This document shows, piece by piece, positions 28,478 to 41,643 of a DNA stretch of 64,000 nt. The notes under the pieces were generated by a model. The model saw nothing but the letters and a program-made list of their open reading frames with translations. It did no database searches and had not been told where the DNA came from. A program made the position numbers and the translations under genes. How positions within the stretch are numbered: the first letter of the stretch is position 1; every line of letters begins with the position of its first letter. The stretch comes from Selaginella moellendorffii (lineage: Eukaryota; Plantae; Lycopodiophyta), in the NCBI RefSeq assembly GCF_000143415.4, contig NW_003314302.1:706736-770735 (forward strand), in the 5' to 3' direction.

Positions 28478-29362
28478 TCAGACTGTTATTTCTTGCCTCC
28501 AACGCCTATACAATAATTTTAGAATTTCATCACTCTCCACACTATCAGGATTTAAACCCAATAGTAATGCCATCTCTTCTCTAATACGTCCACGCTCATG
28601 TTCAGTGGTCGAAGAACCCATCCGGTTGAGCAGATTATGGAGATGCGGATAGTGCTTGGCTAGACAATGTATATGCCATAAATGATGACTGGTGTCTGTC
28701 CGATCAAATGGCTTCTGATATACTGTTCCATCTGCCATTTGGTTGATTTCTGCAGCCACCTCCTGGACTGGCCGGTTCTCTATCACCATCGCTCCAAGCC
28801 GTTTTGCAAGGTCCCCCAGAACATACGGTTTCTTCTCCCTAGTTTCCATACTGCAAGAGATGGGGTGCACTGCATATGTGTGCGTGTTCGTTGCAGTTTT
28901 AATCGGCGAGTCATCGATGATGAGGATTTCACTTGACCTAGTAGTTCGTTTCATCACTACAGCCTTTGGCTTGACGAAGATGGGCTTGCTACCCCTCACA
29001 TGGACCATAGTCAAGCAATCCTCCTGCGTTAGGAGAAAGTCAAATGGTAATATTATTCGCGTCTGATCGTGCATCATCTGTAGCAACGTTAATGCATTGT
29101 GGCGCATCATGGATGTCCAAACTCCCAATTGCAAATTGAACCCGGCCCTCTGTTTTAAGTGTCGCATGGTCATTATTAGATCCCGCAGTTTCTCCCATGT
29201 GATTAATGTGAATCTGTCTCTTTTGACCAACTTGCGACCGCAGGCTTTGGAGGGTGCAATGACATTCGAGGACGAGCCACGCTCATGGGAGAAAAGGACA
29301 CCGTTCAGATCAAAAATGATACAGTACCTTCGCCGTGACTCTGAAATGAAATGCGTCAGCAT
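28478..29362 (-). CDS. FCP1/NIF-like HAD-fold phosphatase domain (DxN variant) carried by the transposon; probably the last exon of the cargo gene
   Basis: Motifs IIFDLNGVL, GVWTS..RHN, TQEDC, KPIFVK, LIIDDSPIK..N...AVHP. Confidence 0.7.
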   Translation of the reverse strand: MLTHFISESRRRYCIIFDLNGVLFSHERGSSSNVIAPSKACGRKLVKRDRFTLITWEKLRDLIMTMRHLKQRAGFNLQLGVWTSMMRHNALTLLQMMHDQTRIILPFDFLLTQEDCLTMVHVRGSKPIFVKPKAVVMKRTTRSSEILIIDDSPIKTATNTHTYAVHPISCSMETREKKPYVLGDLAKRLGAMVIENRPVQEVAAEINQMADGTVYQKPFDRTDTSHHLWHIHCLAKHYPHLHNLLNRMGSSTTEHERGRIREEMALLLGLNPDSVESDEILKLLYRRWRQEITV

Positions 29363-32300
29363 AAAAAATGGTACAAGTCAATTTTACCATCTACAATATT
29401 AGCGAATGGTGCTCCCGATGGTCGTTGAGAGGGTTTTGGTCGAGGAAACGTGAAGGGCGGAAATACTCTCCTCTGCAATGTGGGGTCAATTGCATCCGAT
29501 GGCGTGTGGGCACATGCCATTTCAGCTGTAGACTCTGGTACAACTGGCTCAACAGTGGCATGGGGTGGTTCCGATGGCGTGTGATCACACGCCATTTCAG
29601 CTGGTGCCTCCGTTGGCAAAGTGGACATGACCGAACAGGCAGCAGGGGCGGTGTAGGGAGGTTCCAACAGCGCGTAGTCAGACTATTGGGCACACGTTGA
29701 GTCCGTTGGAAATGAGGATACGACCGGCTCGGCGGCTGGGGCGGCCTCATGCGGGTCCAATGGCGCCTGGTCACCGTCAGTTGGATACGTGGACAAGATT
29801 GACTCAGTGGTATGGGCAACATCAAGTGGAGCGTGGTCAGCTTGCTTGGCGTTGATATGGATAGTAGCCTCCACCAGCTCTGATGACTTTTGCAGGCAAG
29901 TAGAGTCCACTGGCGGATCCATATGCATGTCCAAATATCTCCCTTCGATTGAGATGGTATCCTCCCGTGCTACTAAAAAAAAACTCATTAGCACATTGAA
30001 TCGACTATACTGTTTTTACCATCAACTGCTATTGAGGAACTAGGACCGATATCACTTGGGCGCACTGCTGATTCTGAAGGATTGGACATACGTTTCGACC
30101 CTTGCTTGGCACTATCCTTCCTCGACACTAAAGGCTAGAGTTTGTAAATTCAACTGAATAATCTCTACTTACCATTTGCTCTGCGACCTACATGGACAAT
30201 GTTAGAAATGGTAAAAGGTTAGGAATGGATGTACTATTATTTACCTGATGGTTTGTCTTGTATGACCTTCCTCCGCTGCTCTTTGGCCACCTCAGGCTGG
30301 CCATCGTCGTCGTCGTTATTGTGATCGTCACCATTGTGAGGACCATCCAAGTCCTCTTCGTCCTCCTCTTCTTCGTCCTCCTCTTCTTTGTCCTCCTTTT
30401 TGTCCTTCTGCTCTTCCTGCTCATTATCTTTCTCTAGCTCCTCATCCCCCTCCTGCATTTCTTCCATAGGCTGCTCAGGCTGGATGGCTTGTTCTTCCAG
30501 GACCATCTTGGGAAAATCATCTGGCCAAGTCTCCATCTCAAAATACAAGACATCCATAGCCTGTTTTAGTGCGTGACCTAGGACCGTATCCTCACCTGAT
30601 TGTCTTAACATGGTTTCTGCACATTCTTGCACCCTTCGAAGATGACGAGATGAGAAAAACGTGGCCCTGACTTGAAAAGCATCCCTCATCCATTGTACCT
30701 CTCCATTGAGATTGGGGAAGGGGAGTCCGCCATAGGAATCTGAGTCAGGAGGTGGTGACTGCCTGCTTTCACTCAGCCCTTGATCTGCAATGAATGGCAT
30801 GAGCACACACGCCATAATCGCGAGGCATTACCTATCATCTTTTCGTTGCCCTTCTTCCTTTTCGAATCAAACACCTCTGATCCCGATGACTGTCCAACGT
30901 GCTTTCGCTTTTTATGACCACTGTCAGTTTGAGCTTGGCTAGTGCTTGCCTGTTTTGCCTTTGAAGAAGTGTCTCCTGCAAGGAATGGCATGAGACCACA
31001 CGCCATTGCAAATATAATTTGTACCTCCTTTTTTCCTATTGCTTGTCTGTTTGTCCTTCTTCGACGCGCCACCAGTGCGTTTTTCAGTCCTCGTGTCTGA
31101 ATATTCACAACGATCTATAATCAAAATGGCGTGAGGCCTCACGTGACCTTACTTTGTGCAGGTTGTGAGCTCGGCCCAACATGGGTATCTTCAACAGTAG
31201 CTGTTAACGCTGTTTCAGCATCTGGGGGTGGCCACACTCCTGCATACAGAGCTTGTGAGATAACATTTAAACTTAAAGTGCGTACTCACTAGGTTCGCAA
31301 AGAAGATACTGTTTTTCTTTGGCAACTGTAATTATATGCTCCATTGAAGTCACCTCTTCAATGGAGTTTGTCACCGCAACACACGGGACACCCTTGAGTA
31401 GTGCGGCTCGAAAGAATAGTCTGCCGCAGTTGTACTCGACAACGCATTTGCCCTTGGAGTCGGAAGCAGGTGACCCACCCACTATTGTGTTGAAGACCCA
31501 GCTGAGCATTTCCCATGCTGCACCTGGAGCTTTCTTTGGATTCGAAAGCTCCATAGCCGTCTTCAGTTCCTCAGGCACGGGTAAATTGACCTCCCTCAGA
31601 TCAATTCGATCGGCTTTGTCGAACGAAGCTAGGAAGTCACTCCAGTCCCACTCTGCTGCAGGACCAATAACAAGGGCGAGTGTGAAGATGCGGACATTCG
31701 TTGGTATCTTCTTCTTAGCCATTATCCCATGGATCTCCCGCATCTCCTTGCCTTTCAACCGAGCCTTCACCTCGTTCAAGGCCTTCCAGAACTTGTGATA
31801 GGATTCGGAGTCATAGATCATATAGTGGACTGAAGATTCCACCTCCGCAAGTCCCACCATTAAGTCAATGATGGAGTTGACTTCGTCTGCATGAGTGATC
31901 TCCTCGTTTGTGAAGTCCATCACACAAAAGATGTTCTTGACCTACTCATCTCCGCGGGAAATGATGCTCCTCCACCTTTGATCCTCATCCGAATTCACGT
32001 ATACCCGGTAAGGTTCTTGATAGGCCTCTGCTGCGGGGTCGAGCTGTTTCTGAAGCCGGCAGTCAACATCCCTCTTAATGAAATTTGGATACTAATCCAA
32101 CTTCTCAGCTTTACTTTTCATGGCATCCCGCAGCAGATCGATGAACTTGGGGGCCCCCTTCACGTACTCGTCGATGTCTTCATTTGACAAATCCAGCGCT
32201 TCCATCATCTCTTGCGTGGTGTTGATGCTCACCCTCTCCACGGCCACTTGCTCGAAGATCCAATCCTTCAATAGCGCACGAGCTCTCAGAGTCGTGCACA

Positions 32301-32845
32301 AGTCCTCGTATGTCACAATATGGCCGGGAGTCATTTGATCTTGTTGAAGACTACCTCACCATCTAGAAGAGCATTAGCCACTGTCAGAAGGTCGTTGTCA
32401 AGACCCCCAACAAGATCAAGACTGGAAAATGCTAAAGACAAAGAGAAAAAGCTAGTGAAAACAAAGAAGAGGCCTTAGACTGGTGTTGATTCAGATTGTG
32501 GAGAAAGGGAACAAGGCTAACCTATATATACTATAGGTTGATGAAGCTCCATCACTCTTGGATCGAGGACGGCCTAAATACAGCTGAGGTCGAGGAGGCG
32601 CCACATCATCATCAGGAATGTGGCTCGAGACTCAGGAATCGGGAAGTGTCTCGAGACTTAGGAATCGGGAAGTGTCTCGAGAGTCAGGAATAGGGAAGTG
32701 TCTCGAGACTCAGGAATCGGGAAGTGTCTCGAGAGTCAGGAATAGGGAAGTGTCTCGAGAGTCAGGAATGTGGTCTGCAGGTCAGGAATCCGGTGAGAGT
32801 CAGGAATGTGGCAAGAATTGGGGGATTCCTGACAGCACCCCCTCC

Positions 32846-35800
32846 TCAAGAACGAGTGGAACGAGGATGTGAACGAGAACGAAGAGGAGGATGAGATGAG
32901 CGGCGAGGGATGGGAGAGGGAGAAAAAAAATGAGGACTGGGACGAGAAGGATAGCGGCGGTGGAAGTCCTGAACAAGGTCAGGAGAATGAAGCAGGTTGT
33001 CCGCAGGTTCCCAAGTGCGTTCCTCAGGTCCGTAACCCTTCCAGTCCACCAGATAGTAGAGTTTAGACCGTGAAATCTTGGAATCAAGGATGTCCTGAAC
33101 CTCGTACTCAGACCCATCCTCGAGCTGCACTGGTGGAGGCGGAGGAATGACCCGATTTGGAATAGGACTGGGAATATAAGGCTCAAGGAGAGAGGAGTGA
33201 AAAACGGGGTGAATTTGATATGAGGAGGGAAGTGCAAGGCGATAAGTGACAGGATTAATGATGGCAGTGATAGGGAAAGGACCAAGGCGTTTGAAATCGA
33301 GTTTTGGACAGGGCCTGGTGGTGGAGATATTTCGCCTGAGGAGCCAGACTTTATCCCCGATATTGTAAGGGGGACAATCCTGACGATGGACATTGGCAAA
33401 TGTTTTATGAGATTCCTGAGCACGATGGAGGTGGAAGGAGATGGAGTTGTGGATTTCCTGGAGGTTGGAGATAAATGCCTCAGAGCGGGGATTTGAACGA
33501 GAGGATTCAGATGGAGAAGGAAGTGAGAGATTGAATCGGGGATTTCGGCCAGAGTTCGCAAAGAAGGGGGAAACTCGAAGAGTGGAGTGAACAGAGTTGT
33601 TATAGGAAAACTCAGCAAGGGGAAGGATATCGAACCAGTTATCCTGATGATAGTTGATAAAGCACCTCAAGAATTGTTCCAACGTCTGAATCGTTTGCTC
33701 GGACTGCCCATCAGTTTGAGGATGATATGCCGAAGAGAGGTTGGCCTTCACTCCAAGCAGCTGCAAAAACCGTTGCCAGAAATGAGAGATGAACTGAGGC
33801 CCCCGATCCGAAACCACATCTATAGGAATCCCATGAAGTCGGAAAATTTCCCTGAATACCAGTTTTGCCATGTCCTCGCCCGAAAACTCTTTGGTACATG
33901 GCAAGAAGTGCGCCATCTTTGTGAAGCGATCCACCACGACTAAAATGCTGTTGAAGCCTCCAGAACTCGGAAGATCACTCAAGAAATCCATGGAGATGGA
34001 TTCCCAAGGACCTGAAGGGACCGGAAGGGAACGAAGCAAACCTGAAGGAAGGTGGCGAGGTACCTTATTTCGGGCACAAGTGTCACAGGAGGTAACAAAA
34101 GCTTTGATGTAGTCGTCCATGTGAGGCCACCAAAAGTCCCGTGCAACTAGCTCATAGGTTTTCGCAATGCCGAAGTGACCAGCAGTCGGGCTATCGTGGC
34201 ACGCCATCAGGACCAACCTTCGAGTATCACCTTCAGGAACGTAAAGCTGCTCCCCACGGTACAATAAGCCATCTAAGAACTCGAACTCGTCAAATCGCCG
34301 GCAGTCGGGAGTCACTGGGTGTCCAGCCTAAAGATGGGGGAAAATGTCGCTAGCGAGATCATCGGATTGAAGATCGTTTCTGATTGCATCCATCAAGGAG
34401 GAGTCCTGAGGGGCCAGGGAAATTGCCATAACTTGAAGCCGATCAGGACCGAGGATAACTTGATCCTGTTGATCGAAGGCAGGATTACCAGGCTTGAGAC
34501 TGAGATAGGAGCGCCTTGAAAGAGCATCAGGAAGGCCTTGAAACTTTCCAGGTCTGTACTTGATAACAAAATCAAACCGACTCAGGAATTGTGCCCACCT
34601 TGCTTGACGACGGCTTAAAACTCGGGAAGTGGCAAAGTACTCGAGATTTTTGTGATCCGTCCAGACTGTTGTTTGATGGCTCGCCCCCTCCAAGAAACGG
34701 CGCCACTCTCCAAAGGAATCCACGATGGCAAGGAGCTCCTTGTCGTGGATTTCGTAATTGATCTCCGCAGGCTGGAATTTCCGAGAATGGAAAGCGACCG
34801 GATGAAGTTCGTGATCCGCTCCGAGTTGAGACAGTACAGCACCAATGGCAAAGTCGGAGGCGTCAGCCTCGATGAAGAAAGGTTGTGAGGAATTAGCATG
34901 GATCAAGACAGGAGCAGAACTGAAGGCCGCCTTGAGTGTGTCGAAGGCCTGCTGGGCAGCAGCAGACCAAGAGAAGGGAACATCCTTGCGAGTGAGATGT
35001 GTGAGAGGAAGGACAATGTCAGAGTAGTGATCAATGAATTTGCGGTAGAAGTTGGCGAAGCCAAGGAAAACTTGAACGTCCGACATTGATTGTGGAGGCT
35101 CCCATTCGAGAATAGTCTTGACTTTAGCAGGATCCATCGTGATACCCTCAGGAGTGATAATGTACCCAAGGAACTCCACAGACTGCTGATCAAAGGAACA
35201 TTTCTCAAGCTTTGCGTATAGACCGTGTTCTCGCAGCTTCGCTAGCACCTTGCGAACATGTTCGTCATGCTCCTCCTGAGTTTTTGAGTAGATGAGGATG
35301 TCATCAAGGTAGACGATCACCATCTGATCAAGAAACTCCCGAAAAACGTCGTTCGCCATGTGTTGGAAAACCGCGGGAGTATTTGTCAAGCCAAATGGCA
35401 TGACAGTGTACTCGAAGTGGCCATAGCGGGTTCAGAACGCAGTCTTCCATTCATCACCAGGCCGGATCCGGATCAGGTTGTATGCTCCACGGAGGTCGAT
35501 CTTGGTGAAGAAGCGGGCACCGCCGAGGCGTTCCAACAAGTCCGAGATCAGGGGCAGCGGATAACGGTTCCGAACAGTCACCTTGTTCAAACCTCGGTAG
35601 TCGATGACTAACCGCAAGCTCCCATCCTTCTTCTTGACAAAGAAGACAGGCGCTCCAGCCGGGGACTGCGAATGCTGAATGTAGCCCGAGGCAAGGTTTT
35701 GATCCACGTACTCTTTGAGGGCCTTAAGCTCGGACGGGGATAACCCGTAGATAGGCCCCCACGGAGGTGACGCTCCTTCCTGTAAATCAATGGGACAATC

Positions 35801-36685
35801 ATAAGGCCGATGAACAAGCAATACACTAGCTTTTTTCTTGTCAAACACATCCCCAAAATCATGATACTTCTCAGGAAGACTGACAGGAGAAACATGCAAA
35901 GCAAAAAGAAAAAGAGGTTCTTCATGAAGGAGTTCTTTCATAGTGATTGTGGAGATAGGAGAAGGGGTACGACTAAATGGAATGACGAGACGAGGATACT
36001 GTCCAGTGTAAGATGGAAGAGAGGAAAAAGAAGAGGATGAAAACTTCGTAGAGTCAGGAACAGAACCCCGACTTGAGTTTAGGGAACTTTTCCTGATTCG
36101 GACTCGATTAACACCAGGGGAAGCCGTGGGAGATGGTGATGGGGGAGAGATGAGCTGTAAGTCCTTCCAACAAATCTGAGGCTGATGTAGTTGGAACCAA
36201 GGAAGACCGAGCACCACAGAGGAGGACTTGCTGTTGATGATGTTGAAGGCGATATCAGTGACAGTGGACCCGATGTGTACTCGAACGGGCAACGTTTCCC
36301 TAAGTCCAGAAGATGGAGACACAAAATGCCCGCCGATGCCTTCAACCCTCAGATCCCGTATGGTAGGAGAAAGAGGAACGTGATGTCGGGCAGCAAAGTC
36401 CGTGTCCATGAAGCAGGAAGTTGCACCCGAGTCCAGTAGCGCCAAAGCCTTGAGTCCTGATTGTCCGGTGAAAGAAAGGAGACATGGGACGCGGAAGTTG
36501 CGGGAATTGGTGGTGGCTTTGATGAAAGGTGGTGAGGAGCTTGATAAGGAAGAAAAGTGATTTTTATTTGGGGAGTCCAAACAGACAGCTCCTACTCTGT
36601 TTGGACAGGGTCGTTTCCCGACTGCAACAGAAGTGGACTTTGAGGCAGAGTGAACTCGAGCAATCGGGGAGGCTTCCTGGGACAC
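32846..36685 (-). CDS. pol: pol (PR-RT-RNaseH-IN-chromodomain) with two nonsense mutations
   Basis: [33 protein letters not shown] and a chromodomain. In-frame stops at 35432 and 34328. Confidence 0.95.
36575..36619 (-). promoter_or_regulatory. -1 programmed frameshift signal: G GGA AAC slippery site plus 11-bp stem-loop
   Basis: Heptamer at 36613-36619, 6-nt spacer, hairpin gtccaaacaga/tctgtttggac. pol lies in the -1 frame relative to gag. Confidence 0.8.
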
Positions 36686-37563
36686 ACAGCTGCTTTGTGA
36701 TTAGGATCAGCACAGTAGAGGCAAAGATTATGAGATATTCGACGTTGCCTCTCAGCAGGACTCAACTTCCCTCTAATGATTCGGGGAGTACCAGAAATAT
36801 CCATCGGGACCGGAGTAGTAGGTTCAGGACTATGCCCCGAAGACTCAAGCTGGGATTCCTGAGTCTGGGACGGAAAAACAGCGGCGCGACGACTTTCCTG
36901 ACGACGTTCAAAGAGACGATTGTCACATCGAACAGCTTTGTTGATGGCGTCCGACAGGTCCTTGGGATCCTCCATGGTGAGCAACAAATCCTTGACACCG
37001 TTGTTGAGGCCGAAACGAAATTGGTCAATCAGGGCCCGCTCATCCCACTGAGTGTCCAAGGCAAGGAGTTGGAACTCTGCAGCGTAGATCGAGGCAGGAC
37101 GAGACCCCTGAGAGAGACGTCTCATCTTTGTGGTAGCAGCCCGAACACGATCCGTCTCGCCAAAACATGCTTCGAGCTTCTCTTTGAACAATTGAAGATC
37201 CATCAGCTCCAGAACCACGACCCCTTTCATGCTCTTCTCTAGAAGAGGAGAAAACCATGACAAAGCTGCACCCTCGAGCAATGTCCCAATCGCGCCGATT
37301 TGAGACTCGGGAGTGGGGTACCGCCGATGTTGAAGTGCAAAGATCAGCTCCATTTGGTTCAAAAATCCACGAAGCTCCGAACGCTTGCCTGAAAATTTCG
37401 CCGGGAAACTCACCTTCGGTTCAGGAACTTTGCTGGATCCTTGAGCCGAAAGTGAAGCAAGCTCTTGCTGCATGCGAAGAAGGGTCGCCTTCAGCTCGGT
37501 ATTCTCAGACTGAATTTTTGCAAGGACTTCGGCAAAGAAATCAGGATGGCTTGGAGACTCCAT
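36592..37563 (-). CDS. gag: gag with CCHC-like zinc knuckle
   Basis: [13 protein letters not shown]..., [20 protein letters not shown]. Confidence 0.9.
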   Translation of the reverse strand: MESPSHPDFFAEVLAKIQSENTELKATLLRMQQELASLSAQGSSKVPEPKVSFPAKFSGKRSELRGFLNQMELIFALQHRRYPTPESQIGAIGTLLEGAALSWFSPLLEKSMKGVVVLELMDLQLFKEKLEACFGETDRVRAATTKMRRLSQGSRPASIYAAEFQLLALDTQWDERALIDQFRFGLNNGVKDLLLTMEDPKDLSDAINKAVRCDNRLFERRQESRRAAVFPSQTQESQLESSGHSPEPTTPVPMDISGTPRIIRGKLSPAERQRRISHNLCLYCADPNHKAAVCPRKPPRLLEFTLPQSPLLLQSGNDPVQTE

Positions 37564-40500
37564 TGGCAAGAAGAAAGAAAAGAAAAGGGGAAAAAAGACA
37601 AAGGCAATCAAATAATCAAAACGAGCTAAAAGAAAAGCAAAAAACACAATCTGAATCAAACTCTCAAGACCCCCAACAAGATCAAGACTGGAAAATGCTA
37701 AAGACAAAGAGAAAAAGCTAGTGAAAACAAAGAAGAGGCCTTAGACTGGTGTTGATTCAGATTGTGGAGAAAGGGAACAAGGCTAACCTATATATACTAT
37801 AGGTTGATGAAGCTCCACCACTCTTGGATCGAGGACGGCCTAAATACAGCTGAGGTCGAGGAGGCGCTACATCATCATCAGGAATGTGGCTCGAGACTCA
37901 GGAATCGGGAAGTGTCTCGAGACTCAGGAATCGGGAAGTGTCTCGAAAGTCAGGAATAGGGAAGTGTCTCGAGACTCAGGAATCGGGAAGTGTCTCGAGA
38001 GTCAGGAATAGGGAAGTGTCTCGAGAGTCAGGAATGTGGTCTGCAGGTCAGGAATCCGGCGAGAGTCAGGAATGTGGCAAGAATTGGGGGATTCCTGACA
38101 GTCGTCGTCGTCTAGAGACTGCGAGAAACGCAAGGCGTTGAGCTTCAAATCATTGGGCTTCTGGCCATCCTCCACACCCATTGAGTTTTGTAACTCCCCG
38201 TCATGGTACCTCCTCAGCACATCTACCCATTTGTCAAAAACAACTTTTGTCGCGAGTAGAATGTTATGGATGCTGAGTGTGTCATTGACCCCCAGTGTTT
38301 TCAAGAGAAGACTGGAGAATTCCTACAATGGAAATGGCGTGAGGCCACATACTATGCCATATGCAACGAGGCTTACCTGCCAGGCGCTAGTTGCTAGTGC
38401 ACGTCCTTGTCCTGGTTTTTGTGGCTTCTTCAGTTGAACCCAGAGCTTCCATGTTCGTGCCAATGTCTCGTGCAAACCCGATTTGTAGCACGTTTCTTGC
38501 TTGACATTCTGCGTGTGGGAGATGTATATGATAGATCGAAGGGGCGAGTTGCCTTTTATCAGGCGGACAACTCTTGTCTTGAAGACTTTCTTCACCTCCT
38601 CGCCCACCATAATATCCACAACTATCTCTTGCATCACCAAGCTAGAATGCTGCCTGGAGACGGCATAGAACCGGATGTTCTGATCGTCCAACACCTTCCT
38701 ATTGATCAAGTCTGGAAACCTTGTCTCGCCCTTCATTGTTCGGTAGTAGGGGATCACGTCTGCAATGTCGGGTGTTACTGGACTTGCTAGCATCTTCTGC
38801 TTCAGTTTCTCCACCCACTCATCAGATACTAGCCTGTGGTTGTATTTGCTTTGGATGTCGATACGGCTCACGTCGATTGTATATACTTTGTTGGAATAGT
38901 AACAAGTACTATTATCTGCGACGATTTTTGCTGCCTCTTCTTGCTCTTTCTGCTCTTTGCGGCTCTTCTTTTTGGTGGGTGTAGTGTTCGAACCCGAGGC
39001 AATGGCATCACCGAGTAGCTTCTTTTTTGGAGCAGGAGAGTCGGACGTCGGCTTGAGCTTGACCACCCTTTTCTGCTTCGGGGTAGTTTCCAGATCGACC
39101 CCCTTCCCCTTCACTTCGTGAACTGGAGGCACTCTCAACGGCTCAATGTTGGAATATAGTTTTTGAACATTGCCGTAGGTGAGGTCCGTGGATTCCATGT
39201 GATCTTCATAGACTCGTAGCGTCTTTGAAATTGTGGGCCTCCTGGACAACCTCTCCCTAGCTCCCTCTAGGAATTCCTCATAGCCGCTGCCCCCCTCCGG
39301 GAAGCCACTAGGATGTGCAAGGTGGATCTTGAAGGCGGACGCTGTCTCTACCACAAGTGCCAGTCCATATTCTTGCATGGAACTGCATGGAGTGTCTGTC
39401 ACTTGGATGAGGATCCCCATGCATTCTTTTCTCCCACCATCTGTGTTGTACAGCCTCAGATCCTCGCCTTCCATCCCGAAAGTCCAACTGGTGAGCTCCT
39501 CCCCCTTCTCTGCATCCACATTGACAGTGGCTGGAAGAAGAACGCAATTCCTCGCCTGTTCAGAAATGCACAACAATTAGAGCTGACAGATGAAAAGCTA
39601 GCAGCTGGAAATAACGTGAGGCCACACGCCATTCACCACTGCATCAGATGTCTTGAGGCTGCATCCTAAGATGGCGTGAGGCTACACGCCATCTGTAACC
39701 GGACTGCACTCGAGAGCCCAATCGGTGCATGCCAATGTTGCTACTGAATGGCATGTGGCCTCATGCCATTTTCTACTTGGCCTAAAAGACTTACCATTTG
39801 AAGCCGAATGGAGGCGTGACAATCGAGGTCGGACTCGCTGGCGAATGTGCACTGTGTGTGCAGTGGATCTTAGCAGCAAGGCTACTCTGCCACTTACAGT
39901 TGGAGAGTGGTGCTGAAATCTCCCGGGACGCCAAGTGGGCTGCGTGTGGGTGGCGGAGTGGGCGGCGAAGTTACAAACTGGGTGTGTCTTGAAGTGGATG
40001 CCGATGCACACGAGCGCGATGCGAGCGCGAGTGGACGCCGATGCACACGAGAAACCTGTAGAGAAGGTAGATGAGCGCGAATGTGAGCGTGATCGCGAGT
40101 GGGAGCGCGATGCGAGCGCAAGTACGAAGCAAAATGCAAAACCTAACCTCACACGCGCGAAATGTCACGACGGTTGGTAATCCCGCCACGTCATCATTCC
40201 TCGGACTTGGGCGCCACCATTAATTTCTGGATCGCCGCGCGCATGCATGCACGTGAAATCCAAAAGAAATCCGCAACGTCATCATTCCTCGGACTGCATG
40301 CACGCAAAATCCAAAAGAAAGATCATGATTGGGATATCATTTAATACCCTCGCTATATTTATACCATGCATGATTGGATATTCCAAAGCATCTTGTATTT
40401 CCAAAAATGCCAGATGTTCAGCTAAATAAAGAATGGTATACAATGTCCTTCTTGATGACCTTGCAAAGAAGCATCTCGATCGGACACGACATGAGACCAC

Positions 40501-41643
40501 ACAAGCCTTACAATGTTTCAGGGGCATTTACCATAGATCCGACCGTTATTTTGCTCCAAGATTCTACAGTTTGGTGTGCATTGACCTTTCCATCGACACT
40601 GCAAAGGGACATCACAATCAGATGCGGGATCACAAGAAACCAACTTCACTAACTCTGGTTTCACCAAGATCTACGTAAGGAGTTATGAAATGAAAGGACC
40701 TCTCTATTGAAATGTGTTTATGGTCCTGACATATCAAAGGATTTTGCATCAAGTTCTATATTTGCATGTTTATCAAGCTACTGAATTACTAAACCCTAAA
40801 CCCTAAACATGTGGCAAATGCTGTGTGAAGAAAGATGCCCTTTCTGGGCAAATGCTGTAAGAGGCAGATGCCGAGTAGTTACACGGCGAATAATCTTGGC
40901 GCGGATGATGTGACAAAGTTCAACCTCCGACAGCAAAGTCTAGAAGCTACTCAGTTTGAAATTTGTCAGAGGAATCATAAGATCTGGTTTGTCAGAGGAT
41001 TTGATGTGACGTTCAAGCGTGTGTTATTTTTGAATTCTCAAACTCATTCCTAAGTCTATCATTTTTGTGCACCGTGTTCTTGGTTCCGCTGAGCGCAGTG
41101 AGCGCTGCTTGTGTAAGCGGCGTTGTGAGCTGTGGTTTATGCATCTACAAGCGGTTGCGGCATTGCGAGCGCCATTGCGAGCGGCAGTTTATGCGAGTGG
41201 CAGTTTGTGCGAGCGGCGCCACGAGCAGTTGCGGTGTTGCGAGCGGCGCTACGAGTAGTTGCGGTGTTGCGAGCGGCACTGTCTTTGGTGTGGCTACCGC
41301 TTCCTCTTGATATTCGGCACTTGTGCTTCCTGGTATGTTCACCATGGAATGGCTTAGGACCACATTTAGAAATGGCATGAGGCCACATGCCATCTTGGGC
41401 CCTTGCAATTTCATGGCTAGCGTATTGTCATGTATGTTTTTACTTGCCTGCAGCTGTGTGTATATCAAGATGGCATGAGGCCTCATGCCAATTTTGTGAA
41501 TGCGAAATTTCACGTGGGTGTCAATAGCATGTTTGAATAATGGCATGTGGCCTCATGCTATTGAGGTTGTTTGGTATGTTATGATTTAGGCCATTCTCCA
41601 ATCATTTTTTGTATGGTCTTAACTTCTTTTCTGCACTTTCAGA

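Larger units (their letters stand above)
32396..38100 (-). mobile_element. Tcn1/Tf1-like self-priming chromovirus (innermost layer)
   Basis: 439-bp LTRs at 32396-32834 and 37662-38100 differing at about 6 positions. TSD gtcgt, PPT gaggagggggtgc, no tRNA PBS. Confidence 0.95.
29363..39800 (-). pseudogene. Multi-exon cargo gene: ParB-like domain, helical region, degenerate MTase-like region and acidic tail; interrupted by an LTR element
   Basis: ORFs 38323-39576, 38002-38304, 32092-32334, 31273-31923 and 30237-30815, joined by phase-consistent introns (38323-38376, 31115-31152, 30976-31024, 30785-30831). Two TAG stops and a frameshift near 32340. Confidence 0.65.

Noticed and set aside
32625-32770. 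CRISPR-like array (tcaggaatcgggaagtgtctcgaga repeats)
   Set aside because: Head-to-tail ~26-bp tandem repeats without spacers inside an LTR; eukaryotic context with no cas genes.
36529-37721. Antisense ORFs of 237 aa and 154 aa opposite gag
   Set aside because: Shadow ORFs with no motif or independent signals.
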